From Raillietiella orientalis (taxonomy: Eukaryota), in NCBI GenBank assembly GCA_036172245.1, contig JAYWIR010000045.1:496001-560000 (forward strand): DNA of 64,000 nt, written 5' to 3'. The notes under the pieces were generated by a model, which was not told the origin of the DNA, did not search any database, and saw only the letters and a list, made by a program, of their open reading frames with translations. Made by a program: the position numbers and the translations under genes. Below are positions 52,001 to 64,000 of this stretch, one piece after another (the stretch's first letter is position 1; each line of letters begins with the position of its first letter).

Positions 52001-54154
52001 AATGGATGACAACTTTCGTTCTCTCTAGGAAAATAAAAATGGAAATTTCAGATTGTAACTGTTAAACTCTCAATGTATAAGATCGACGAACCAATAGCAA
52101 CTCGTGATGGAATTCTTTCTCCTTTCTCAGTAAAAAAGTAATGGAAACTTTGGGATGATAGAATCAGGTGATAGAATGCAGTTTTGAATTTCAGTTATTT
52201 CAATGTAGCTACCTTCATCAGAATGTTCCTCAATTCCTGAGACTAGTTTGCATATTACATTAGGTATTGGATTATAGGAAGGTTAGCATAGGAAGAAATA
52301 CCACTATAATGGGATTATATGTTGGGACAAATGAGCATGCATTGGTTTTGTAATCCACGATATAAATGATGAAGTTGATAAAAGTGAATTTAATTAAGCA
52401 AAAACAAAGACAATTATTTATTGTTTATGGAATTACTGTTTATTGGAACCTGTAAAGCGTCTATAAATTTCATTTCATTATTCAGAGAATGATGGAATAA
52501 ATCAGTTTTGTGGTTTTATCGAATTTTGAGCTTAAGAAATATAATGTTGACAAAATCCGAGCTTAAGAAATCAAGAGATGTGTGTTTGATTTCTTTTCTT
52601 TGTTTTCTTTTCTTTTACACTCAAACGCTTAAACTGTTACAGCTGCATTCAAAGTCCCTACTATATAACGTAATCATAATGCCACTTTTATAATGATACC
52701 TTGAATAGGGTCTCCCCAACCCTTATGCTCTACACTGCCCTCTGACGATTCACTGCAACTGCACAAATGATGTTTTTTAAAGCAGCCTGCTAATTGTCAC
52801 ACTTAGAAATCGTGCATGTTTTGCAACAAAACAGATTTTATGAACCACATTCTTGATTTTGCTTCTATTTGCTTCATATGCACTTTTTTTTAATGAGAAC
52901 GGAAACCTGTGTCGCAATGAGTGGTTCGAATATGTTGGAATATTTTCGAAAGTATTGGGTTGAGCAATGACAATTATTGCTCAGTCATTGAAACGATAGT
53001 TCTAAGGGCAATTCATAAGCAGCAAATTAAAAACACTCCACAGTCCACAAGTTGAAAACACTCAAAACAGGAAAAGAGATAATACGTTGAAAAGGAATAT
53101 TAAATCGAAATGACTTTCTTTCCTTATTTGACAAGTTTCCACGCAACATTTCGGAATCCTTCTCCTCGTCCCATGTTCACATGTTAGAAGCCTTCGTGTT
53201 AATCTGCTTCTGATATTTGTAAAGTGAGGAGTAGAATGAGAAAAGGGTCATTCTTGTTGCAAATGCTGAAACATTTCTTAGGTGTATGAACGTGTTGATA
53301 CATACATGTATATGTGTACATATATCCAAACATTTGTTGGATATGTGTACTGCATTTGGATAATGTGTTCTTCTTTATATGCTCTAAAATCCTCGCAAAG
53401 TCGAGGACAGTTCTTGAGAACACGGGAGAATTTCAGCTCGCTCTTTTTCCAGTTTCTCATTTGTGCTGCTTTTACGTGCATCTCGTCATCTACATGTCCT
53501 CTGCATTCCCAAGGGTTCTCCAAAATATTCTGAGAATCTGGATTGCTAATTGGAATGCTAATCTGAAGATCTGAGTCCAATATCCAGAAGAAACTGATGG
53601 TTTTCTCTTCTGCTTCCGGTGTTCTGATTTTCGGAAACCATTGGAGTAATGATTCTCTTGTAACGAATCAGTTACAACTCCACTTGTCAAGATGCCTTTC
53701 ACTCAAATGCATTCGTGAAGTCATATTTCTGACAATTAACTATTCAGCAAAACCCCTTGTTAAATGGCTACTCTATTTTGAAATCTGCCCTAATACTAAG
53801 AACTCGTAAATTCAAATAGCAGTAGTCTATATGCTGTGAGCTCTAGAATACTCCTGCCTTGAATCATTTGTTTTTCTAATGTAATTCATATTCATCGAAA
53901 AAACCTTAACATTTTTCGACAACCTACCCCTGTTATTGTTTTCGTTGGCACTGATGTTACGCGTACGTGTAAAACGGAAATCGTCATTCCTTAGTGAAGG
54001 AATTTAATTTTAAATCCAAGTTATTCGACGTTCCTCACTCAAAATTTTGAAAACTGGTGATTATTTCCTTGTTTTGCGAATTTTTTTTACAGTTATTTGC
54101 GATGATCATGGTAGTTCTTGTTCTGCGTTCAGGGAGCCGAAGTGAGTGTCGAGG

Positions 54155-55514
54155 ATGTCTGTGGAGTTTAGGTATCAGTATTCTTTGTAGATTTAAATAT
54201 TAATCAACGTGGCTTATTTAGTATTCGTAATATTTTGTGTGTGTGTAACTTGTTTTGCATCCCATGGGTATGGGTATTCAAGTTTCCATAAATGTACGCA
54301 GAGACTATAGGGTTAATGGTTTCTTTGTGTGACATCTTGTAGTCAGTAAGAATGTTTCCTTGATTTTATTAGTTATTCCTTTACCGTTAGAAGTTCAAGA
54401 AAAAATTGGTCATTTGTGGCAAGTAAGACTGTGTGCCTTGCTAAATTTGTAAAAATAGTTTTTTTTGTTTACAATTTAATTTGCGTGTGATAACGGCGGG
54501 TTTATGGCACATCTGCTTAATTGCATTTCAGAACTATTCAACCCTGCCAGTATTATCGGCATTTTCTGGTCGGTATCAAAGTTCATGAAAATCATTAAGT
54601 AGCGTTTTTATAGGAATGCAAAAAAGTTCGTCCAGATGGGAGAGCAGCCCATAAATTACGACAGATTACTTTAAATGTTGGATCGATTGCAACTGCGGAT
54701 GGCTCTTCAGTTGTTAGAATCGGTAATACAACCATCATTTGTGGGATAAAAGGCGTAAGACAAAACTTTAGAATTCATTTCATTTTTAATTGTTGGTTCA
54801 GGAATTTTGTATGCCAAAGCTGGAAAGTCCTAATAAAGGATTCATAATACCTAATGTTGATTTGCCTCCTTTGTGCTCCCCAAATTTCCGTCCAGGCCCT
54901 CCCTCAGAACAAGCACAAGTTGCAACTCAGTTCCTTGCTGAATTACTAAATAACTGCCGGTGTATAGACACTACAAGTTTGTGTCTGCATCCAGGAAAGC
55001 TGGTCTGGGTTCTTTACTGTGATTTATTATGTTTGGATTATGATGGGAATCTGCTTGATGGGGCAGTGTTAGCTTTGACAGCTGCTTTGCAGAACAGTGA
55101 GTTTTAAAACTTGTTCTACAGTAAACACAAATGATTTAGCTAAACTACCCAAAGTAAGTTTTGAAAATGATGATATTGTAATTCATAAAGAAGAGCAACA
55201 TCCTTTACATATTTCCTGTGAACCTGTATCTCTTTCATTTGCTGTCTTTGATAAGTGAGTTGCTGAACTATTGAATGCTTTTATTGATGTGTAGTTCAAT
55301 ATTGTTAGTAGATCCTACAAGTGAGGAGGAGAGACTTGCTAGTGCATTGATCACCATTGTTTCTGATAGTGAGAATTCTTTGTGCTGCATACATAAGCCA
55401 GGAGGATCTTCAGTTACTCCAGCTGTTCTTCAAGACTGTATACAAAGAAATTTTAAGCATCGAACAGTTATGATAAAACTGGTGAGAGAAGCCAGTAAAA
55501 CAGCTACAAAATAA
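54155..55514 (+). CDS. EXOSC8: Exosome complex component RRP43 (RNase PH-like); 6 exons
   Basis: Exons 54155-54171, 54532-54568, 54614-54754, 54802-55096, 55140-55254, 55295-55514. Motifs [85 protein letters not shown]. Confidence 0.96.
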
Positions 55515-55515
55515 A
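55510..55515 (+). promoter_or_regulatory. Polyadenylation signal overlapping the EXOSC8 stop codon
   Basis: AATAAA contains the TAA stop at 55512-55514. Confidence 0.55.
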
Positions 55516-55529
55516 TATTAAATCTTGTA

Positions 55530-58074
55530 TTATTTAAATGATTGATTGAAATATGATTTTCTGATAAGATCACGCTGTTGCAGTACCAGCTGTAACTGAC
55601 TATTCAGTACACTGCTGTAATTTCCTTCTTACCTGTTCAGGATTTAACGTTAACAGTGACGTATTGGCCTGACTGGGACGCTGCAATGAACTTAAGAACT
55701 GATTACTGCGCAGTTGAACCACTGAAAATGTCTGATTGCTACTTCTGTTGCCACTTCCACTGGCCTTTAGTGTAGAACCAACTAATGCATTCAAATTGCC
55801 TACCAAAAAGTGATCTTTAGTTGATCTGCGTACTCACCTAATACTAATCCTGTAGGGGTAGACTGATTGAGAACTCTTGGTGGTGGTGCATTGGAAACTG
55901 CTATGGAATATGTCCCTGTGGTCATGGAATTATGTGGGATCTGGGTAACATGGTCTACATGGGGGCTACTTATGCCTTCCAAAGTAGAGTTGGAATTAGC
56001 TATAGTGTTCACAAATACATTTCCAATTGGGGCAACATTTAAATTAATTGTAATAGGCACAGCAATACTACTGCCTATCTGCATGTTGGGGACACCCAAA
56101 GTGGCAGTAAGCCCCTGTACATTCACAGTACCCAAATTGGTCAAGCCAACATCTGACTTTGCAGATACTTCATTACATAAGCCATTTGCAAGCAAGGTAG
56201 ATAACCCACGTATGGATACAGCTGAATTTTGAACAAGTTCGTTATTAGTCATTCTATAGGTAGATGTCAACAAAGAAGCATCCACCGTACGCCTTCCGGG
56301 AACACTTAAAACTGAAGCTTGTTGAGATCCTGGAGACTGCTGACTTGCCACCTGACAGCCTGCTGTTAATAAAGAACTAAGTGTCATTTGACGTGCAGCT
56401 GGCTGAGTTGCTAAAAACTGATTGGTGGAGGGAGTTGTAATCACACTGGAAGCTGCAGGAGTAGTACGTGATGTCATTATAGGACTCTGGAGGGTAGCCA
56501 ACAGTGAAGTAGTTGCTCTCCTGTGACCTAAAATGCATGATAATGGACTAATTGTCTCCACTAACCTACCAGATCTTGGTACCAGCACCGAGTTCGTGTT
56601 TTTCATTAAATTTAGTAAACCAGTGAATGAAGAACTAGAAGAAACCACTGTCTGTTTCACGAAATCAGAACCAAACAACTGCTCCTTTTCCTGGCTTCCC
56701 TGAGTAAATGAAATTCGAGGAGTTTGTCCTGGGATTAAATGTGTCATGCGCACTGCCTTGCGTCCCTCTTCAGTAAAGACTTCAGTGAACTGCTGAATGT
56801 AGCGCTGCACATCTCGACGACTGCCAAACAAAAACCTATTCCTTCTTAATGTAAGATTTGTTTTCATATCAGATCCTACTTGCATAAAGATCCATTTGTT
56901 TTTCCTTCCACATAATCTTCATCAATGTAAAGTTTTCCCAGGTACTGTTCATCATTAGATCGTTGCTGGATTGTTAACTGTGTACGATGCAACTTGTTTT
57001 CTTCTTTTTCTGTCTCAAATATGTATTCTTCAAGTGTTACAAGTTCCACATCTATAGTCTGCATAGGGCGTTCAAAAGGTCGTGCAAAGGTATTCACATC
57101 CACAGGTGCTTCCATTTTTAGATCCACAGCATATTCCTTCCAAAGCTGTGCAGATGGCTACAACCACAATTTAGTTGACAGGAAGCATTCTACAACCTTC
57201 GTTGTTCGAACACTAATAGTAGGTTTTTTTCTTTCCTTTTTCCCTACAAGAAAATCCAATAAGGAAAAGTTAGATAACTGTGCTACATAACGCCGACGAT
57301 TCAGATAAGGCTGTGAGTGCCTTCTCATACGATCTCTCAAACTTGTAGTATGTAATCTATGGTAGCTACTTTTTAAATGACTAGCTTGATAACCCACCCA
57401 TGGTGATGGATCTAGCAGCAATGGTGCTGCTGTGATTAAAACCAGCTGGCTTTCTAAATATAGCTTTTCTTCATATGTCCAGTTCCCTTGCTGAGTCAAT
57501 AAATTCACATCAGCTATCACAGACTACACATGGTAGAATCAAACAACATTTGTATCTACTACTACTTTACCTGTGTGGTTGGTTTCAATAACACATGACT
57601 TATATTACAGAAAGATAGATTATTTGAATTTTTCCGATAATCACGGATTTCAGCAATAACACATCCTTCATAGAAAAGTTCACATCCAGAGTTTTCCAAT
57701 AAATCTATGATCATTGGAGGCAGTTCTTGATTATCAATATAGCTTAGAAATTCTGATTCTTCATAAGAAAATCTAATTGTTTCTATTTCAGCTTCTTTTG
57801 TCGACTTGATTCCAAGAGAATATCCATCATTATTAGGATATAGGTTAACTATCAAACAATTCAAAGGTTCCTCTACCAACAATTTCTCCAGTAAATTACA
57901 GCCAAAAGTCAAATCCTGGATATGAAAATCATAAACATATATAAATGATTTACATAATACCTGATAAAAACAATCTTTATTTTTTTCTTTGGAATAAATA
58001 TCATAAAGTTTTTCAAATATATTTTTCGTTCCAAATGTACTATTTTCATATTGATTCGTTTCAGAGTCTAGCAT
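55530..58074 (-). CDS. SUPT20H: Transcription factor SPT20 homolog (SAGA subunit); 7 predicted coding exons
   Basis: Exons (minus) 58074-57961, 57915-57571, 57523-57197, 57157-56880, 56835-55838, 55799-55633, 55589-55530. Spt20 domain: IFEKLYDIY, NLLEKL, LIVNLYPNNDGYSL, YEESEFLSYIDNQELPPMIIDLLE, FYEGCVIAEIRDYR, LKPTTQSVIADV, LESQLVLITAAPLLLDPSP; then YIQQFTEVFTEEGRK and a low-complexity S/T/Q tail. Start codon and last 60-nt exon are less certain; if the last intron is retained the stop is at 55600-55602. Confidence 0.92.
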
Positions 58075-61000
58075 TCTTTACTTAAAAAGGAGTTTTTGTT
58101 TTTTATTCTGTGCAAAAGTACACATGTATCCACTTTTGATGGGTTATTCAGTTGTTTCTATCTTGACTGTGGAAATTTTGTTTGAAACTCTGAGAAGGTA
58201 TGTATCTCGCAATCGTAAGTTACATTTACAACACACCTATTATCAATCAGATTTGACGAAACGCTGAAACAATGAATATAATTAGCTCTTGAAATATAAA
58301 TAAAAAAATTGATTCTTTTCAGTTTTTGATGACATTTACGTGCAATGAATCACTGAATATTGTCAAGAACTAAGAATGTCTTTACCTCCCTTATTTTGAA
58401 TTAACAAAACATTTTGCTGCCTAGTCTCTTTATGCTGAAAATTGCCATCATCAGTCAATCAAGTTAGTAAACTGAAATGTGGATTTCAGGGATCAAAAAG
58501 TCTACATGTTTTGTGCATCATTTACTTCACACCACTTGCCTCACGGCCGGACTACAGCGACAGGACCACTTCGCAGCAAGATGTCTGGTTAAAGGGTCAA
58601 ATCAGATACCAAATGTCCAATTTACTTACTATCGCAAACCTTCTTGGAAAATTTCAGTGATAAGCACGAATTTAAAACTGGTAACTGAGAATCGTATACA
58701 AAATTATACTCTGCGCTCGAACTTTTCAAAATAACTTTTGTGCAACAGTGACAAATGACTGAATTTGCTGGCATGTCAAAGATATGATGTATGTATTATG
58801 TGCATGATGTTTATGATGTTTTTGGAGAAGAAACTGTTTTATGTGATCTCTAATTATGCCGAAGTACATTAAAAAAGAACAAACTCATTATTTGATTTTG
58901 TGCATTCCGTTTTGGTTATTGCACATAAAAGTCCAAAAACATTAACTAGCTTCAATGGAACGCTAAGCTCACATCACATCATGTATCATTTACGTTTGCA
59001 AATGATAACGTTTCTAAAATTCTCTTCTGTTGCTTCAGAGTGGCGGTAGTACCACTTAGAAAACACTATTTTTCAATCATTCTGATTTGTCTCCATTCCA
59101 TGAACATGCAAACTACTCGCAGAACTTGCAACTATGTTGGATTTTCCACCCTTCTTATTTGGGTGGCCTCTTGTATGTCTCAAGTTGTCGAGCTTTTTCA
59201 TTATAATCAGTTCGTTCTAATGGTCTGCTAATAGTTCAGTTTAACAGCTACAGGTTCTTAGTTGATCCTCTGGAAATAACGGCCTTAAAAATTCTTAAAT
59301 ATTTTCGCAGATGGATCACACTTCTGAGAATAAGCACGGCAGGAACAGAAAAGCTGTTGGGGTCAGAGAAATAAAGCTATAAAGTTTTAGATTCTATGTC
59401 ATGCTGTTGTTAAGTGCCTCTGCGTTACTATGTCACTTGTTATATGGCTGTGAAAAAATGCCAGAGGAAGGCATCTTTTTTTCTCTGGTTTAAAAAAATC
59501 AGTAGTTACAATTTTACCTCATTGATTCCAAAATACTGCGTACTAACAATGTCCTTTTTTTCTATGGTCTGTTGCTGAGAACTTTCCTACGACCCCTTAT
59601 GGACTCCCTCCCTGAATCCTTAAATGCAATTATGTGATTAATCCAAATCGGAGCTAGCGGATAATTGTTTGCAATATGTGATAGCTCAAGGTCTTTTATC
59701 GCTTATATTATCTCAATTTTTGAACCTTTTTCTTTTCCAGCTAATTAGAAGCTGCCGTGTTCACTGAAAACTGCTCTTTGGTACTGCCAAGTACACTGAA
59801 TTGGTTCTCGTAAAGAACTCGTAGTTATACTAAAGAAAGATCCTGAGGATCTCTGCGTTCTCTGCGTTTCCAAGTTATTTTGACTTTTAATTCAGCAGCT
59901 CTTACTGATGAGATTCTCTTGTAATCAAACAGAGAGCTTCCGTGTTCAAGTCCGGATCGTGGAGAGACGATATTTCGCTGATACAGTATATGAGTTCGTC
60001 CAGTCTTCCTGAGTCCTCTGATGAACAATTCATTCAAATCCTGTATTCTTGCTCTTCTTTATTGTAATTTTTCCTTAACAACACTCGGAGTGAATTTGAA
60101 CTTATTGCATATCATATCAGTATACTGTTTTTTCTCCATTGAAGAGGCAGGAAAGAAATGTAAATGAGTTTCCGGTGTCATACGATATGTCTAGACACAA
60201 ACAATCCATATATTTTTATTCGTGTCCGTGTGCCTTTCAAATTGTTATTACTCTTTTTGTGCTTCCTACATTGGATCGTGTCACTAGTTCGATTTGCTTG
60301 GCCCACCAAACCATAGGACGGAGAAATACCTTCCATTCTCGAAAACACAGTATCCTAAGGCTGAATCGTAGTTCACAGTTTCTTTTGGAACCAGCTCATT
60401 CATTAAATTCCATAAAAGTCTGATATCATTATCTTTGTAGCTAAATGTTAACAACTGCCTTAAAGTTCTTGAATGAAACTAAATTGCATCCACTTCAAAT
60501 ACGGAAATTACACTTAATCAATCACTCAGAAATTATTGTGCAGAATATTGCAATTCAGGGTTATTTAATTAAATTAACTATTGAATGTAGTTCATGTAAT
60601 TGCACAATAGTTCACTAGGGTTATACTTGCCGAGCTATTTGAATGTCAAGCTTTTTTGATGAGGTCTGATTGTAATGAAATCATCTCAACATCGTTCGAT
60701 ACATTTCTTCTTTGCCTTCAGTACAGCATTAGTCCGATCTTCATGGATAAATAAAAACATGAAACAGATAAAAAAAAAATAGAATCCTCATATTTTGCAT
60801 CATAGCATCAACAATCTGTTACTGAATGCTATGATATTGAATGTCTTTCTTTCATTTTTTTTAATGTTTTTCAATCCACATCAGAGTCTTTCCTTAGTTG
60901 CCATGATAAATTTTTTCTTTTTTTGGCTGAAATTTCACTTAGCAATTATGAATCAAGACTCAAATCGAACTCACTGGAAAAATTCCGAAATAACAGGTGG

Positions 61001-62684
61001 GGTTTTGGGCTTGGAAATTTAGCTGACTAAATTCAATAGAGTAGGATTTTCAGAATCAAGAATTTCCACTGAAAAATTTTTCAGTTGTAGCCTTGAAAAG
61101 CGACTGCCTAAGCTATAAATTTAAAAACTGAATTTGTCTTTGTGCAATTTGATGTTAATCATTCATTTCGTTGTTTTTCGAGGGACTGAAACAGAAATCG
61201 AAAGTATTTAATCATTGTCTGAGAAAAGGCTTTCTTGTGGTCAACTCTGAGACGAAAGGGTTTACAAAAAATACTTTGAATTCAACACAATCTTTATAGA
61301 ACTGTGAAGTCAGTTTATCACGTCAGGAAAATTTCTTGATTCATGTGATGAGAATTTCCTTTTTCGTACAGCTAAAACAATTATAATGCTTTATGGCGGT
61401 TCGTAAAATTCTAAAGTCCGTACTAGGAAAGAAGTCACCGAGATTCCAGTTTGACTTCAGTTAGACTCTTTTATGACCAAGTCATAAAAACACAAATGGT
61501 TCTGATTTAAATACTTAATATATAGAATTGTGATCATGTCTTTTTTTTTTTTTTTTTCTGCGCGTGTATATGTTTTTAAGGAGCTTCTAATCAGAATCCC
61601 TGTGGATCAAAAAGAAATCCAAATGGCACCTAAATCGTAACTGAGCTTACATATCTGTAGACTGTTCCCTCAAATACGATGACCTGAATTTTGAAACGAT
61701 AGGGGCAGCGGCGATTTAATACTTTTGATGGAGATTACTCTTCATGTGAATCGTCACGACATATTTCATAACCTTTTCTTCCTTTTCGCAAGATTGTCTC
61801 CCTTTGTTCCGATGATGCGTTGGAAAATACTTCGCAGTGTTGAAATAATGCTCCCTTTGTTCCTTCTGCTGCCTCATGGTGTTCACCACTTACAGCAGCA
61901 GCCTTCTTCTCTTTCTCTTTTTACAACGTTTTTTTTTTAATTCTTCCAGAACTTGTAATCATTGATAAGTTCAGGCAGGTGTTGACGTAAATTAATTTCC
62001 CAAGACAGTGACAGAATTTTATTTTCGTCGTGCCGCAGAATTGAAATTTGTTCATTCAAGGTCGAAGGTCACGTAAATCGGACACGCTGTGCACTGTATT
62101 CACATTTCCATCTCTGATCCTTGGGCTGATTCATATTTAACTTAGCTCTGCAGAGCTTACAGATGCTTCGTGAATTCGGAAATTTTCCCATAGTCAAATG
62201 TCTAATCAGTAATTTCCGACTAGTATAGGAAGGTACTGAGTGAATACAATTCGAAGGTCAGTTGTCCCACTGATCCCATGTTCTACTTTAAGCAGATGTT
62301 GAACATTGAGCAATCACAGAGGCTGGTGAAAACAAGAAGTTCAGAGTGTGGAGCAGTTGGTCACAGGGAGGAACAGAACGAGGACTGAGATGACGTCATA
62401 CCCTACTCGAAACGCACCACTTAATGTCAATTCAAGAAATTATGATTGTTTTTAATCATCATGTCTGCAGTGATCAAAAAGAGCGTTTGAAATGAGACAT
62501 TGTGTTAAAGTAAACGGTTTTGAATATTCCCGTTTCATATCCAAACTGTATCAAAACTTTGCAAATTAATGAATGGACTAAGCGCTACATAAATTGTACA
62601 ACATTAGTAAGGGAATCTTCTGATTAAATTTCAGAGTTTACACCTATAAACTCCGTCCAGAATGACATTACAGAGATAAAGTAC

Positions 62685-62784
62685 GATAGCCACGGACTGA
62701 TGATGTGTATTTTCTTCCTTACACGAGAAAGGATAAGAGAGATAAGAAATTTTTTTTCATATGTATCACCAGTCCGTGGCTATC
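62685..62784 (+). other. 26-bp stem hairpin
   Basis: 62685-62710 pairs with 62759-62784: 22 Watson-Crick pairs, 3 G-U, 1 A-C mismatch; 48-nt loop. Confidence 0.8.
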
Positions 62785-64000
62785 ATGGTGCCAGTTCCCT
62801 GCAAGAGGCCTCGGCATTCTGGAAGATTAAAAGGGCTGGCATTGTCTGTTTACTTAAGCTCATCGTTTGCCTGATGTGATATGAAAAAAGAAATTATGCA
62901 AGCAGCTCCTGACGCACACGCAGAAGCACAATATGCCACGGTACCACGGTGATGGATGCCATTAAATACCCACTACTTCGAAAACTGAATAGCGCTAAAT
63001 CCATGGTCCACTATAACCAAGTTTTCAATGAGTCTGAGAAAAAATTATTGAAAACTTGCCTCTGCTAATTATTTTACACCAGAGAAATCAAATCGAAAAA
63101 CTTTTAACTCTTTAGAAATGCTAGTTTGGCTTGTAGAAGGTCAGCTAGTTCCTGCATGTCTTTGCAGACCATCGTGGCTTCATTCTCTTCGGCTAAAGAT
63201 GAAGATCCTATCACACATTCCTTATCTTCAGGAAGCGTTCTCTCACATCGAAGCTAGACTTCCCGAATCCCACATGCCGTCTGACATTTTCTTTTCGGGA
63301 TCTTTTTGCGTTCTGTTTGTTTGTCTTTTTGCAGTAAGACACTCCGCATAAATTACTTTTTGTTCTGAAAACAAAAGAAGCCACAGCAAAAATAGGGCTC
63401 TTATGGGCCACGTTGTCTGCCTACCGGTTAACCTTGTAATTGCAACAGTTGTAACAAAGAAAACAATGTCAACAGAGGATTTTATAATATCGAATCCTTT
63501 CTACTGACTTTTTTCACTTGTTTCTGAGGTCTACGAGACCCTATTTTTCAAGTTTGCGTCCCTATCCATTATCTATAGACTGTCCTTCTTCACTCCATCT
63601 CGAGGAGAATGCGTGGGTGATATCTGAGCAGTCCGTGATCTGCTTCTAAATGAGAAGAGTCGCGAAACGTGCGTGAATGGAGCGTGTGTGAATTTCAAGG
63701 GCGTAAAAGAATGAGTATCGCGCATATCCAGACCCCAACTGTCAGTACCTCGGCTTAATTAGGAGATGGCGCGTCCTGGCGCTCCTGAGATTGCAGCAGG
63801 CTCTCGCGCCGCAATGTTTCTCGAAAACCGAAAAGTTTCAATGGAATTTCCCATGCCTGACAGCTAAAAATTTTCTAGACGAAAGTGCGTCCCTTATTTT
63901 CCCATTCAAAATGCTTCAAGGGTCGCCTCAAGGGAAGGGGCTCTATGACCAGCTCGTGGGCTGTGTTGGAAAAAATGGCAGGAGGTCGGAACAGGAAGTT

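Noticed and set aside
55867..56232. Plus-strand ORFs antisense to SUPT20H (and similar ones antisense to RhoGAP)
   Set aside because: Shadow frames of real exons.
62697..62775. Hammerhead ribozyme or C/D-box snoRNA (CUGAUGA followed by a small stem and GAAA)
   Set aside because: No NUH cleavage triplet before the stem I partner, no stem III, an extra base before GAAA, and no box D (CUGA) near the 3' end.
1..64000. CRISPR array, tRNA genes, bacterial operons
   Set aside because: No regularly spaced repeat-spacer array or complete cloverleaf seen (isolated GGTTCGA-like boxes near 33360 and 52923 lack the rest); the genes are spliced and eukaryotic.

Overview
Eukaryotic (metazoan, probably arthropod) genomic DNA with two contrasting domains. 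About 1-37.7 kb is GC- and CpG-rich and has no intact gene I can recognise. It holds decayed L1/Tx1-like and Gypsy fragments, a four-copy dispersed repeat, a near-identical 894-bp inverted duplication, an intronless TAF5L-like pseudogene, two possible SET-domain relics, and a strand-skewed 3.4-kb block that may be a decayed endogenous RNA-virus element. About 38-64 kb is AT-rich and holds four intact spliced genes: ARHGAP1/RhoGAP68F-like (+), ARMC3 (+), EXOSC8 (+) and SUPT20H (-). Exon chains were rebuilt by hand; 27 of 31 introns are only 38-56 nt. EXOSC8 and SUPT20H are tail-to-tail, as in human, with predicted stop codons only 15 nt apart. Calls in the left domain rest on by-eye motif matches in degenerate sequence and need database confirmation.
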